The notes under the pieces were generated by a model that searched no databases, was not told the DNA's origin, and saw nothing but the letters and a program-made list of their open reading frames with translations. Positions 48,964 through 58,676 of a DNA stretch of 64,000 nucleotides are shown here, piece by piece. The stretch lies in assembly GCA_965223325.1 (NCBI GenBank), contig CBDCWI010000001.1, positions 1,792,001-1,856,000 on the forward strand, written 5' to 3'. Within the stretch, counting starts at the first letter, position 1, and each line of letters starts with the position of its first letter. The translations under genes and the position numbers were made by a program. This stretch comes from Candidatus Multivoradales bacterium (lineage in GTDB: Bacteria > Acidobacteriota > Thermoanaerobaculia > Multivoradales > Multivoraceae).

Positions 48964-50129
48964 GACTCGGCTTCCTGAGCGCCAACCGACACAGTCTCGG
49001 TGTCAACCAGGACGTGCTGGCCCGCCACCAGTCGCTGCAGACCACGAGCAACCAGGCGGTCGCCTGGTTCGAGCGCACCACGAACAAGAGCACGAGCCCC
49101 ACCACCCTCGGCTGCCGTATCGACCTCGACGATCTCGACCGGTCGTTGCTCGACCCGCCACACGCCGCTGCCAGCCTCTTCGTCTGCTACCACTGCGAGC
49201 GCCGACCACAGGCCGCGTGACGATTCCGTCAACGCCTCGAGCGGCAGCACGTATCCACGGACCGGAGTGCCGGCGGCGAGCTCGAGGGTCGCGGTTTCAC
49301 CAACGCGAACCTCCCCCAGCGGCTCATCGAGCTCGAGCAGCAGATCGACCGTGCGGGTACGCTGGTTCTGCTCGCTCGCGAGCGACAGTCGCCGCGCCTC
49401 CCACGAGCGGCCGTTGACGTCGACGACCAGCTTGTCGTCGCTCGCCGGTAGCTGCCCCGTCGCATCCACCGGCATGCCGATGCGAACGCGAGGCTTGTCG
49501 ATCTCGATCAACGACAGCACCGACCCACCTGGCGACACCACTTGACCCTCGTCGACATGCCGGGCGGTGACGATCGCGCGATAAGGCGCTCGCAGGAGAG
49601 ACTTCGACTGGTCGACGCGGACCAGGTCGCGCTCGGCTTCGGTGCGCGCCAACGCCGCGGCAGCGGCGTCGCGTCCCCTTTGTGCTTCGTCGACGTCCTG
49701 CGGTGAGACCGCCGAGCGCTCGGCGGCACGCTTGAACCGAGTGAGGGTGCTCTCGGCGAGCTCGAGCCGGGTGGCGGCCTCGGCTACCGCCGAGTCGAGC
49801 TGGCGCCAACGTGCCTCCAGGCGCGAAGTGTCGAGAACGGCCAGCAGAGCCCCCCGCTCGACCCGGTCTCCCTCGTCGACGACCATACGCACCACCGTGC
49901 CTGATAGGTCGAAACCCACTTCGGAGCGCCGTTTGGCTTCGACCTGACCGCGGTAGGTGCGCGCCCGCGAGAGAGTGGTCTCTTCGAGGCTTTCGAGTGT
50001 TTGCACTGTGAGTAGCGAATCGATATCGACCGTCGCGTCGGCATGAACATCGGCATCGCCACCACAGCCCATGGTCAGGGGAACGAAGAGAGCCAGCGAA
50101 ACGGTAAAGAGATAGCGAGCGAGGGTCAA
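48960..50129 (-). CDS. RND membrane fusion protein (periplasmic adaptor)
   Basis: Lipoyl-like VDEGDRVE.G..LA.LD and LRAPY..IV motifs. TTG 50129 overlaps the tetR stop. Confidence 0.9.
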   Translation of the reverse strand: MTLARYLFTVSLALFVPLTMGCGGDADVHADATVDIDSLLTVQTLESLEETTLSRARTYRGQVEAKRRSEVGFDLSGTVVRMVVDEGDRVERGALLAVLDTSRLEARWRQLDSAVAEAATRLELAESTLTRFKRAAERSAVSPQDVDEAQRGRDAAAAALARTEAERDLVRVDQSKSLLRAPYRAIVTARHVDEGQVVSPGGSVLSLIEIDKPRVRIGMPVDATGQLPASDDKLVVDVNGRSWEARRLSLASEQNQRTRTVDLLLELDEPLGEVRVGETATLELAAGTPVRGYVLPLEALTESSRGLWSALAVVADEEAGSGVWRVEQRPVEIVEVDTAAEGGGARALVRGALEPGDRLVARGLQRLVAGQHVLVDTETVSVGAQEAES

Positions 50130-50719
50130 GATGGTTCTCCGTTCATGAGGGCGCAATGGGCGACTTCGCGGGCACCTTCGAGAACCGCTTCAGCATCGGC
50201 TCGCGAGGGCAGAGCGCGGGCGATCGCCATTCCACCCACCATGGCTGCGATCACCCCGTAGGCGATCCGATCTCGTTCAGCGGCAGGCAATGCACCGAGG
50301 TGAGCTTTGACTTCGTTGCGAAACGCATCGATTCCGGCCGCAAAGGCCTCACGCGGATGCTCACCGGTGCGGCCGAGCTCAGGCGTGAGAGCCGGAAGGG
50401 GGCAGCCTTCTTCGACCGATTCGAAATGAGGTGTCGAGAGGTAGTTCGCGACCAGGCCCTTCACCCACTCCACGCCTTCGAGATCTTCGAGGCCCTGGGT
50501 GCGTTCTGGTGGTTGGTTGGTAAACGCTTCTCGGAGAACCTCTTCGAGCAGCGCTTCTTTGGACTCGAAGTGTCTGTAGAAGGCGCCCGCCGTCAGGCCA
50601 GCTTCCGCCATCAGGCCATCGATACCCGAGCCGAGATAGCCCTGGCGGCGGAAAACGCGACCAGCTGCTTCGAGAATGCGGCGCCGGGTGTCGCGTTTGT
50701 GCGCGGAGTCGTAACGCAT
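50126..50719 (-). CDS. TetR/AcrR family transcriptional regulator
   Basis: R.RILEAA.R.FR.QG...GID.LM.EAGLT.GAFY.HF.SKE HTH. ATG 50719 follows AGGAG. Confidence 0.95.
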   Translation of the reverse strand: MRYDSAHKRDTRRRILEAAGRVFRRQGYLGSGIDGLMAEAGLTAGAFYRHFESKEALLEEVLREAFTNQPPERTQGLEDLEGVEWVKGLVANYLSTPHFESVEEGCPLPALTPELGRTGEHPREAFAAGIDAFRNEVKAHLGALPAAERDRIAYGVIAAMVGGMAIARALPSRADAEAVLEGAREVAHCALMNGEPS

Positions 50720-50764
50720 CGACCTCTGCTCCTTGCGGTGAGAAATCTGGAAGGTTCCAAATGA

Positions 50765-50780
50765 GATTACGATCGTAATC
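50765..50780. promoter_or_regulatory. Probable TetR operator
   Basis: Perfect 16-bp palindrome gattacgatcgtaatc about 45 nt upstream of the tetR start. Confidence 0.65.
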
Positions 50781-50882
50781 CCAAAAGGTTTCGCACCGGT
50801 AATCTCAGGTTGGAAACCCTGCATGCTCCGGGGCCCCGAAGGCCCTAGGAACCGCACCCCGCGAGCCGAGGTCTCAAAGATC

Positions 50883-52178
50883 ATGAACCGGAGACGTAGA
50901 CCCACCTCCGCTCTTTGTTTGACGAAGGAGTTGAGCCATAGGATCTGGCTGATGAGCTGCCTGGCGCTCCTTGCCGCGCTGCCAGCGACCGCCCAGGAGA
51001 CAGCTCCCAGCAAAGAAGCACCAGAGGCAGGCGAAGATTTCAGCTACCCCACCATGGCCGAGCTCGTCGCCCGGGCCGAAGCCTCGGACGTCATGTATGA
51101 GCTGCGCATTTCCCCGCTTGCCGAGCCCGAGCCGCCGCCCCCGCCGAAGCCCGGGCAGCCCCCGCCTACGCGCGCCCGCAGCGTGGTGCACTTTCCGCGC
51201 GTTGTCTTGACCCCGGAAGGCCGCGCCCTCGAGGAGTGGACCTGCAGCGAAGCGGCGACGGCCGAGCTCGAGCGCGCCGAAGCGGCATTCGGCGAAGAGC
51301 GTTGGCAGGAGGCGGCAGCGCTCTATCGGGAGACCGTCGAACTCGACGAAAAGTGCTACGTCGCCCTTGCCCACCTCGGCGACGCCTTCTTCAAGCGTGA
51401 CCTCTACCAGGACGCCGAGCGCGAGTACTCGCGGGCGATCTCGATCAATCCGCTCGATCACCGCACCTGGACGTACCGCGCCCACGCGCGCTATCGCCTC
51501 GGCAAGATCGACGACGCAATCGCTGACCTGACCGAGGCGTTCACCCTCCGGCCTGGCTACTGGGTTGCGGTTTCGATGCTCGAGCACCTTCCCTTGCCGG
51601 TCGTCTACGACCCGCCCGCGATCGAACCACCCGTGGTCGTCGAACGCGTTGGGCCAAAGAAGATCGAGATCGCGGTCGTGGGAACCGTTGATGACATCGA
51701 GAAGAACGTGGCTTGGATGGCGTACGGTCTTTGCAAGGGCCTGGCGCTCGGCGAGGCCGGCGTCGCTGGTGAGATCGCCGCGGAAGCTACCGAGCAAGAA
51801 AGGCGCGGCAAGAAGCGGCGAAATAGAAGGAGAAGCCGTCGGGCGAAGGCCGAGCCGCCGCCCGAAGAGACCGCTGCGCCAGCGGAAAGCTCAGAGGACG
51901 ACAGCGTTTCGTTCGAAGTGGCCCTGGAGCATCGCTGCCTCCTGGCAACGCTCGACACCTACGCCAACGGGCGCGAGCCGGAAGACAACGAACCACCCAC
52001 GCCGGCAGACCCGAACCTCGACCGCTTGATCGACGTCGCCAAAGACGGCCGCCTCGACGAGGCCATCCTCTACCAGGCAGGGATCGATCGCTTTGCCGAG
52101 GTCACCCTGCTGCTCGACGACGCGGTGCGCGACCTGATGCGCGAGTACGTCTCGCGCCACGTCCTCGAGCCGCGCTAG
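50883..52178 (+). CDS. Secreted tetratricopeptide repeat protein
   Basis: Signal peptide (LPATA-Q) and TPR-like helices (LGDAFF...AERE YSRAI...P). Start uncertain. Confidence 0.8.
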   Translation: MNRRRRPTSALCLTKELSHRIWLMSCLALLAALPATAQETAPSKEAPEAGEDFSYPTMAELVARAEASDVMYELRISPLAEPEPPPPPKPGQPPPTRARSVVHFPRVVLTPEGRALEEWTCSEAATAELERAEAAFGEERWQEAAALYRETVELDEKCYVALAHLGDAFFKRDLYQDAEREYSRAISINPLDHRTWTYRAHARYRLGKIDDAIADLTEAFTLRPGYWVAVSMLEHLPLPVVYDPPAIEPPVVVERVGPKKIEIAVVGTVDDIEKNVAWMAYGLCKGLALGEAGVAGEIAAEATEQERRGKKRRNRRRSRRAKAEPPPEETAAPAESSEDDSVSFEVALEHRCLLATLDTYANGREPEDNEPPTPADPNLDRLIDVAKDGRLDEAILYQAGIDRFAEVTLLLDDAVRDLMREYVSRHVLEPR

Positions 52179-52822
52179 GCGATCTCCGCCAGGGCAGCGA
52201 TCGTCTCGGCGGGCTCGGGGCGCCGCGTGTAGTCGGCGCTCTTGCTTGCCCAACGCACGACGCCAGCGCGGTCGATGAGGTAGCGCGCCGGAATCGGCAG
52301 AGTCCAACTGTCGTCGCCGTTCGCCGCCGGCAGGTCGATCCCGAAACCCTGATACACACCGCGCAGGTCGCCTTCGACGAGATGACGGAGGCCATAGGCA
52401 GCGGCGACGTCGTTCCGGGCGTCGCGGAGGATCTCGAAGCCGAGGCCTCGTTTCGCGATCAGCTCCTGGCTCTTCGCCCGGGATTGCGGAGAAAGCGCAA
52501 CCAGCGTCGCACCCGCGGCATCGAAGTCGGCCTTCACGGCTTGCAGAGCTTCCAGCTCCGCGTTGCAATACGGTCACCAATGGCCACGAAAAAAGGTGAG
52601 CACCACCGGCCCGACGGAGCGGAGCGTGACCAGGCTCACGGCGGAGCCTTGGCTGTCCGTGAGCTCGAACTGGGGGGCCTCGTCCCCTACCCCGATGGCG
52701 TTCTCAGCGATACCGGTCGCCTCCAACGCTGCGGTTGCGGCATGCATGATCTCGAGCGTGTCGGCCGGAATGCGCTTTGCTGCGCCACCGCGGATTCTGT
52801 CGAGTCGTTCGGTCAGGCTCAT
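52175..52822 (-). CDS. Predicted selenoprotein: AhpC/TSA peroxiredoxin-like protein with UxxC (Sec83), 215 aa
   Basis: FFRGHW-TGA-PYCNAEL joins ORFs 52574..52822 and 52175..52537 in frame. The family motif is F.RG.WCPYC. Confidence 0.9.
52541..52573 (-). promoter_or_regulatory. Putative bacterial SECIS element
   Basis: mRNA GCGGAGCU-GGA-AGCUCUGC, an 8-bp stem with a G-leading loop 20 nt after UGA 52574-76. Confidence 0.75.
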
Positions 52823-52917
52823 GTGGAACGTCCTTCGTGCATGTGATGATGACGGGCGAGCGGCGACGCAAGGCGCCTCGCCGCGGTTCCGGTTCTACGA
52901 GTACAAACCCCACCCGG

Positions 52918-53862
52918 ATGCCCAACACCCTCGCCCATTTCGGAGTCCACCATCTTGCCACGCGCCTCGGCCAACGCGCCGGGGGTTCAACATGGCAGGT
53001 GAGCGACCTCTTGTGGATCTGGACGGGCGCGGTTCTTCCCGATGTTCCTTGGCTGCTTCAACGCATCGCGCACTTCTTCGTCCATGGAGAGGCGCGCTAC
53101 GACCTGCGGCTCTACTTCGTCGTGCAGGCTTCGCTCCTCTTTTGTCTCGTGCTTGCCGCCGCCGTCGCCTTGCTCGCCGAGAAACCCCAGCGCGCCGCGG
53201 CGATTCTCTCGCTCGGTGCGGTCATCCACCTCCTGCTCGACGCTTGTCAGATCAAGTGGGCAAACGGAGTGCTTCTGTTCGCACCTTTCGACTGGCGATT
53301 GCTGCGCTTCGACCTGTTCTGGCCCGAGAGCCTGCTGACCTGGCTCCTGGTCGCGGGTGGGGTGGTCTCGGGCGTTCTGGCGGCGCCGGCGCTGTGGCAG
53401 AACCCGATCGGGCTCGTTCCGCGGCGTTGGCCGGTTGTATTGCCGCTGCTCGCCGTGTGGGTGTTCCTACCGATCGCCCTCTTGCGTCAGGCGGAGTCAG
53501 GCGACGTTCATTTCGTCGGGACGCTACGCAACCACGATCAGCGACCCGGCCGGCAGCTCGAGCTCTACAACGCCCACTGGTTTCCTGGACTAGCGGCCAA
53601 CGAAACTGCGCAAGGGGAAGGCGCCGTGGTGACGATGAGCGAGGAGCGGCTGATCGTCACGACCGGTGAAGCGGGCATCGCTCTTCCAGCAGAAGCTGCG
53701 CGGATGTCGATCAAAGGTCACTTCGAAACCTCTGGGCGGCTGCGCCTCGAGGACTTTCACGTCCATCGAGCGCGGCAACGTGACGCACTCTCGCTGCCGC
53801 CGCTCGCCGCCCTGGCACTCCTCTGGCTCCGCGCCGTCTTGCTGGCCAACCGCCGGGGCTAA
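52918..53862 (+). CDS. Membrane-bound metal-dependent hydrolase (YdjM-like)
   Basis: N-terminal H, LPD and HLLLD motifs with multiple TMs. Confidence 0.7.
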   Translation: MPNTLAHFGVHHLATRLGQRAGGSTWQVSDLLWIWTGAVLPDVPWLLQRIAHFFVHGEARYDLRLYFVVQASLLFCLVLAAAVALLAEKPQRAAAILSLGAVIHLLLDACQIKWANGVLLFAPFDWRLLRFDLFWPESLLTWLLVAGGVVSGVLAAPALWQNPIGLVPRRWPVVLPLLAVWVFLPIALLRQAESGDVHFVGTLRNHDQRPGRQLELYNAHWFPGLAANETAQGEGAVVTMSEERLIVTTGEAGIALPAEAARMSIKGHFETSGRLRLEDFHVHRARQRDALSLPPLAALALLWLRAVLLANRRG

Positions 53863-54293
53863 GAACCGCGAAGGACCATCGTGCCTGGTGCGGTCTGCTG
53901 GAGCGAAGCGCGCTCGAACGACGCCTCCCCCACCCCAGCAGGCTCGGGCAGGAGCACAATGGCTGGGCATCGCTTGTACATCTCTCGCGCGACCGCCGCA
54001 CCGAGCACCAGAATCGGATCGATTTCATTCAAAACGAAGGCCGCAGGTGCGGTTTCTAAACGCACCGCCTCGAGGAGAATGCTTGAGGCGCTCGAAGAAC
54101 CGCGACCGCTCGGCAGGAACCAAATGCGGCCGGTCACGCACGCGCCCGAGCTCGGGTGACGGCGATCGATCACTTCGCCGGTCTCGGGATTGAGCCCGCC
54201 CCACAGCGAAAGCGGCTCCGGGCTTTTGAGAACAGCGCCTTCGACATCGGGACCGGGCACGAGCACGCGGCAGGCGGCCTCCAATGCCGTCAT
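53859..54293 (-). CDS. Aconitase X small (swivel) subunit, DUF126-like
   Basis: LSLWGG..P.TG.VID..HP and GRGSSS motifs. ATGA overlap at 54293. Confidence 0.9.
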   Translation of the reverse strand: MTALEAACRVLVPGPDVEGAVLKSPEPLSLWGGLNPETGEVIDRRHPSSGACVTGRIWFLPSGRGSSSASSILLEAVRLETAPAAFVLNEIDPILVLGAAVAREMYKRCPAIVLLPEPAGVGEASFERASLQQTAPGTMVLRGS

Positions 54294-55588
54294 GGCGCTT
54301 CGCCCCAGAGATTCCGATCGCGCCACACCGAGCCCTGGTGAGCAGAGCGCACGCACTCCGAAGTGCTGCCGTAGATCACGCCCATACCTAGGTTGCCGGG
54401 GGTGTAGTGCGAGAACTTCCCCGAATCGGTCATCAAGATGCCTTGCTCGCTGGTCAGGATCGGCGCGACCACAACGCAGGTGTCAACGACCACCCGCACT
54501 CCCTGCTCCTCGAGGCGCTGGCGAACACCCTGGGACTCAGCCAGGCCGGCCATGAAGCGGCTGGTGCAAGCAACCACCTCGACTGCTTCCTGCGGCGGGT
54601 ACTCCTCGACCAGTCGAGCGAGCCGGCGGAGCTCGACGAGCGACAGATGCGGCGAGCCAACCGCCACCGCGTTGATCGCTCCGTCGCTCTCGGTCGACAG
54701 GCGTTGGCGAGTACGGCGCACCGTCTCGAGGTCGAGGATTGCAACTTCTTCGGGAACCACGCCCTGACACGCCGCCTCGAGCGTTGGCGCTTCCGGTGTC
54801 ACTCCGACGGCATGGAAAAGCGCCAGCGCTCCCGACGACGCAGCCGCCGCCCCCAGCGCTTTGAGCTGGTCTTCAGAACAGTCCGTCGGCAAGCCTTCGA
54901 TCACCGGCACTCGCCGACCGGCTTCGCTCCCCAGCCAGTAGCCGAGCACTGGGAAAAAGGCATCGCTCCCCAGCAACGCCTCGGGAAGCCGGCTGACATC
55001 GACCCGCCAGGTCGCCCGGCGGTTGGCCTCGAGGTGAAGGCCAACCGCGGGCGCCCGTCCGGTGACCGCACAACAGATATCGAGAAAGTCACCGTAGCGC
55101 TCGGTGCGTGCGCCGAGAACTGAGTTGGCAAAGACAATGGCGTTGCTCTCGGCCCAGGCGACCTGTTGACCGAGCTGCGGACGGTTCCGCAGGTCGAGCG
55201 CCTGATAGGGCGCGCAGGTGTACATCGGCTCGCAGCCCATCAGGCGGTAGCACTCCATCAGGCGGGCGGCTTGTTGCTGGTGCCGGGCCGTACCGTGATG
55301 GTTCTGCGGTCGTAGGAGATCGGTTGCACCAACGTTCAGGGTCGTCGGAACCTGAACCTGCGCGCCACCAGCCACCATTCGCTCGGCGAATTCGAGCCCG
55401 GAGTACCCGTGAAGCAAGCAGCCGTCAACGTGCGAACCTTCGATGTCGAGGAGCTCACCGGCGCCTTGGGCTTGCGCCATGGTGACCAGAATGCGCATCG
55501 ACATCACGCCGGCTTCGCCCATGTCCCCGGCGAGAAACGCTCGATCGCGCTCGCTCAGTTTGAGGCGCGAGGCAAGAGAGTCGGTCAT
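54290..55588 (-). CDS. Aconitase X large (catalytic) subunit, DUF521-like
   Basis: HVDGC, TCAPY, WAESNA..FANSVLGART, G.PH.S, DTC and T.SGK motifs. Confidence 0.92.
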   Translation of the reverse strand: MTDSLASRLKLSERDRAFLAGDMGEAGVMSMRILVTMAQAQGAGELLDIEGSHVDGCLLHGYSGLEFAERMVAGGAQVQVPTTLNVGATDLLRPQNHHGTARHQQQAARLMECYRLMGCEPMYTCAPYQALDLRNRPQLGQQVAWAESNAIVFANSVLGARTERYGDFLDICCAVTGRAPAVGLHLEANRRATWRVDVSRLPEALLGSDAFFPVLGYWLGSEAGRRVPVIEGLPTDCSEDQLKALGAAAASSGALALFHAVGVTPEAPTLEAACQGVVPEEVAILDLETVRRTRQRLSTESDGAINAVAVGSPHLSLVELRRLARLVEEYPPQEAVEVVACTSRFMAGLAESQGVRQRLEEQGVRVVVDTCVVVAPILTSEQGILMTDSGKFSHYTPGNLGMGVIYGSTSECVRSAHQGSVWRDRNLWGEAP

Positions 55589-56364
55589 CGTTTCGGAGCG
55601 ACTTCTTCTGTCACCGCCCGCAACCTGGTGAAGCCATCCACCAGCCGCGGTGACGGTCGACCGAGATAAGCCTCGGGAACGACGTAGACCGCGCCATCTT
55701 GAATGGCCCTGAGGTCACTCCAGGCGGGATTGCCAAGCACCACGTCAGGGCGCAGCTTCTCGGGCTCCACGCCACACCACGACACGATGAAGGCATCGGG
55801 ATCGAGGGCATAGACCTCTTCGTCGGTGAGCGGGCGACTCTCGACGGCCTCGTGACCCAGCGGATTGCAAGCACCCACCCGCTCGAGCAGGTCGTGCGCC
55901 CAGCTCCGCTGGCCGGGCGCGATCACTGGCTTGGGCCACCACTGGATGAGAAGGTGCGGTCGCCGTACCCCCGACTCGACTTCGACCGGAGCGAGCCGTT
56001 CCTGCATGTCGCGCACGACCTCATGGGCACGATCCGCGACCCCGAGCGCCTCACCAATCTCACGAATGTCGCGATAGACGTCGTCGATGGAACGCGGTGC
56101 CGGCGCCATCACCCGCAGCTTCGTCTCTTTCAGAGCAGCCACGACCTTCTCGTGACCCGGCACCGTCAACGAGGCGAGGACCAGGTCGGGCTCGAGCGCT
56201 TCGACCCTGGCAACGTCGATGCCGAGGTCGGGGCCGACGCGCGGCAGTCCCGCAACCACGTCGATCGGCCAGTCCGAGTGGTCATCGACTCCAACCAGCG
56301 AGTCGGCACAGCCCAGGGCGGCGACGATCTCGGTGTTGGAACAGGTGCAGGAAACGACGCGCAT
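55585..56364 (-). CDS. BtuF/TroA-like helical-backbone metal/cobalamin-binding protein
   Basis: RVVS...SNTEIV.ALG...LVGV, LEPDLV and RPSPR motifs. No signal peptide. Confidence 0.85.
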   Translation of the reverse strand: MRVVSCTCSNTEIVAALGCADSLVGVDDHSDWPIDVVAGLPRVGPDLGIDVARVEALEPDLVLASLTVPGHEKVVAALKETKLRVMAPAPRSIDDVYRDIREIGEALGVADRAHEVVRDMQERLAPVEVESGVRRPHLLIQWWPKPVIAPGQRSWAHDLLERVGACNPLGHEAVESRPLTDEEVYALDPDAFIVSWCGVEPEKLRPDVVLGNPAWSDLRAIQDGAVYVVPEAYLGRPSPRLVDGFTRLRAVTEEVAPKR

Positions 56365-56393
56365 GCGCCACACCCTATCTTCACCAGCGACGG

Positions 56394-58676
56394 TTAGCCG
56401 ACCGGTTCCGCCAACCTGGCCTTCCTGAAACTCAGTCGCGTGGCGGCGATTTCACGGTCGCCATCCAGCCAACGCAGTTCGATCGTGTAGGCGCCCGGAG
56501 AAAAGTCCTGCAGCTGCAGAGTGCTGAGCCCGGCTGACCCTCCCGCAATGGGTCGCATCTCACCGAAACGAATCGGCGCCGGGTGAGCCACGTCGCCGCC
56601 AGCAGGGAGGATCTCGGCGACGAGCCGGCTGCTGGGACTCCATTCGCCCCAGGCTCTGACCAACAACGCACTGCCGTCTTCGAGCCGCGGCTCTGGGTTG
56701 GGTAAGAGACTGCTGGTGCCAATACGAAATGGCGAGCGTTCAGACTCGGCCGCCGAGTCGTGTGCCTCGCGCACCACGACGCTCTGGCCGCCCGGGCGCA
56801 CGAAGTAGGCCAGCAGTCGTGGATCTTGTGGAGACTCGTCGCCAGTTCTCAAGTCGTGGGTGCTGCGGTATTCGCGCCCGGTCACCGGGTCGCGCACTCT
56901 GAAGCGCACGCGATGGTGGCCCGCGGGAACCTCGAGGTCGCCCACGAACTTGAGCCCTCCGAGGTCGAGCAGCTCGCCGTGTTCTTCGAAGTCGAGCTCG
57001 ATCTCTTCACGGAAAATGTCGAGAACCACGTCGCGGCCGCTCTGCCAGTCGGAAGCAAAACCTTCGATGTCCAGCCGGAGTCTGCGCGCCGCGGACTCGT
57101 CGCTCACCAGCTCGGGCGACAAGGCAAGAACGACCGACACCAGGCTACGCTGGTCATCGATGGGCGACGTAGTCATGAAGGAGCGCACCGGGAGCTCACG
57201 GCTATCGGGTGCATCGAAGAGCTGCGACGCGGCGGCCAGACGCTTCTCCATCGCGCTCATCTCTTTCCAGGTTCGCGGCCCGTAGAAGCCCTCGCGCGCA
57301 CGCACCTTCACTCCGCGCTCACCCGGCACCCGCACGTCGAGCGCATGGTACGCACCGTCACGTCGCACATCGCTGGCCTGCACGATCAACCGGTAGATGA
57401 CCGCGGTCGAATCGAGCATCTTCGCGGCCGCCTCGTCGAGCCGGTTGTTCCAACGATAGATCTCGCCACCGGTTTCGGTGGCCATGAACGAAAGCGTGTC
57501 GAATCCCAGGCCGCCGACGTTCGAGGTCAGCCCCTCAGCTCCGCCGCCAATGTGGAACGCGTTGATCACCCAGCCTGCACGACGGAACGAATCGACCAGG
57601 GACTCGAAGGAACGCAAGAACCCGGCGCCGGTCCCCGTCCCCGGCCCAATGGCATCCTCGCCGCTCCCACGCAGGGCAATGGCACGCGCGGCCGCTCCCC
57701 GTTCACGCGAGAACAAGAGCAGGTAGCGCTCGCCGGGTACATCGCGCAGTACCGTGGCGAGACTCCCGAGCGAGTCGTTCATGCGCCGAATCGACGACAA
57801 AACGGCGCCGGCACTGTTAGCGGTGCCGATCTCGAACGCCTCCTCGACCTCCGATGCGATTCCATCGTCGCCCGGTGTATTGAGAAGCGATAGGTCAAGC
57901 TCGCCGAAACCGCCCGGGTCGGTGGGCACCTCGAGGCTACTACCCAACGCCAGCGCCGCCGTCGGCCCCACCGAGCGCGTGAGCTCTCGCAGACCCGACT
58001 CGCGACCCGCCGCCAGCTGCTCGGCAAGCTCACGTACCCGCCGACCCTTGGCGTCGAGCACCGCCTCGACCACGTCGAGGGCCAAGTTGATGCGTTCCTT
58101 GTCACTGGTGAAACCGAGGACGAAGTCGACCCCGCCGGCGCTCCAGAGAGCAACTCCGAGACGATCTGCCGGGTGCAATCGGTCGGCGGCGACGTCGCGC
58201 ACGCCCTGGACGGCAAGCGACAGGCGATGACGGTCGGGTTGGGTGACATCAAAGAGCGCCAGCAGATGGCGCTCCGGAAACACCTGCTCCGGTTGGGGTG
58301 CCACCTCGGCCCGGTTGCTGTTCGCCAGATCGGAAGCTATCGGCGCAGTCACCGAAAGGTCGACCGCTTCGAAGCCAATCACCTCGAGACGCTTCCCTTT
58401 CGAGTAGACCTCAAAGTCTTTCTGCTCGAGACCGCGCACCGGTTCTCCGCGACGAAGCACCCGCACCGGCACTTCGACCTCGAGAACTGCGATCTCGTCG
58501 TCGAAGGAGTCGAAAGGCGCCGGCTCGGTATCGCCGTCGGTTGCCTTGCTCGTCTCAATGGCGCCGAGTTGACCGATCGCCGGAATGGCAACGAGGGAGA
58601 TCGCCAAAGCAATCACGCTGATCAAGAGAAACGGCAAGAGTGCGGCATGCTTCCTCGCCAGACCTGCTCTATCCAT
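56394..58676 (-). CDS. Acidobacterial VWA-related secreted protein
   Basis: V.V.V....G.PV.GL...DF.V, A.ETGG, Y......DG.YH.L.V.V and VRAR.G.Y motifs. Signal peptide. Confidence 0.8.
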   Translation of the reverse strand: MDRAGLARKHAALLPFLLISVIALAISLVAIPAIGQLGAIETSKATDGDTEPAPFDSFDDEIAVLEVEVPVRVLRRGEPVRGLEQKDFEVYSKGKRLEVIGFEAVDLSVTAPIASDLANSNRAEVAPQPEQVFPERHLLALFDVTQPDRHRLSLAVQGVRDVAADRLHPADRLGVALWSAGGVDFVLGFTSDKERINLALDVVEAVLDAKGRRVRELAEQLAAGRESGLRELTRSVGPTAALALGSSLEVPTDPGGFGELDLSLLNTPGDDGIASEVEEAFEIGTANSAGAVLSSIRRMNDSLGSLATVLRDVPGERYLLLFSRERGAAARAIALRGSGEDAIGPGTGTGAGFLRSFESLVDSFRRAGWVINAFHIGGGAEGLTSNVGGLGFDTLSFMATETGGEIYRWNNRLDEAAAKMLDSTAVIYRLIVQASDVRRDGAYHALDVRVPGERGVKVRAREGFYGPRTWKEMSAMEKRLAAASQLFDAPDSRELPVRSFMTTSPIDDQRSLVSVVLALSPELVSDESAARRLRLDIEGFASDWQSGRDVVLDIFREEIELDFEEHGELLDLGGLKFVGDLEVPAGHHRVRFRVRDPVTGREYRSTHDLRTGDESPQDPRLLAYFVRPGGQSVVVREAHDSAAESERSPFRIGTSSLLPNPEPRLEDGSALLVRAWGEWSPSSRLVAEILPAGGDVAHPAPIRFGEMRPIAGGSAGLSTLQLQDFSPGAYTIELRWLDGDREIAATRLSFRKARLAEPVG

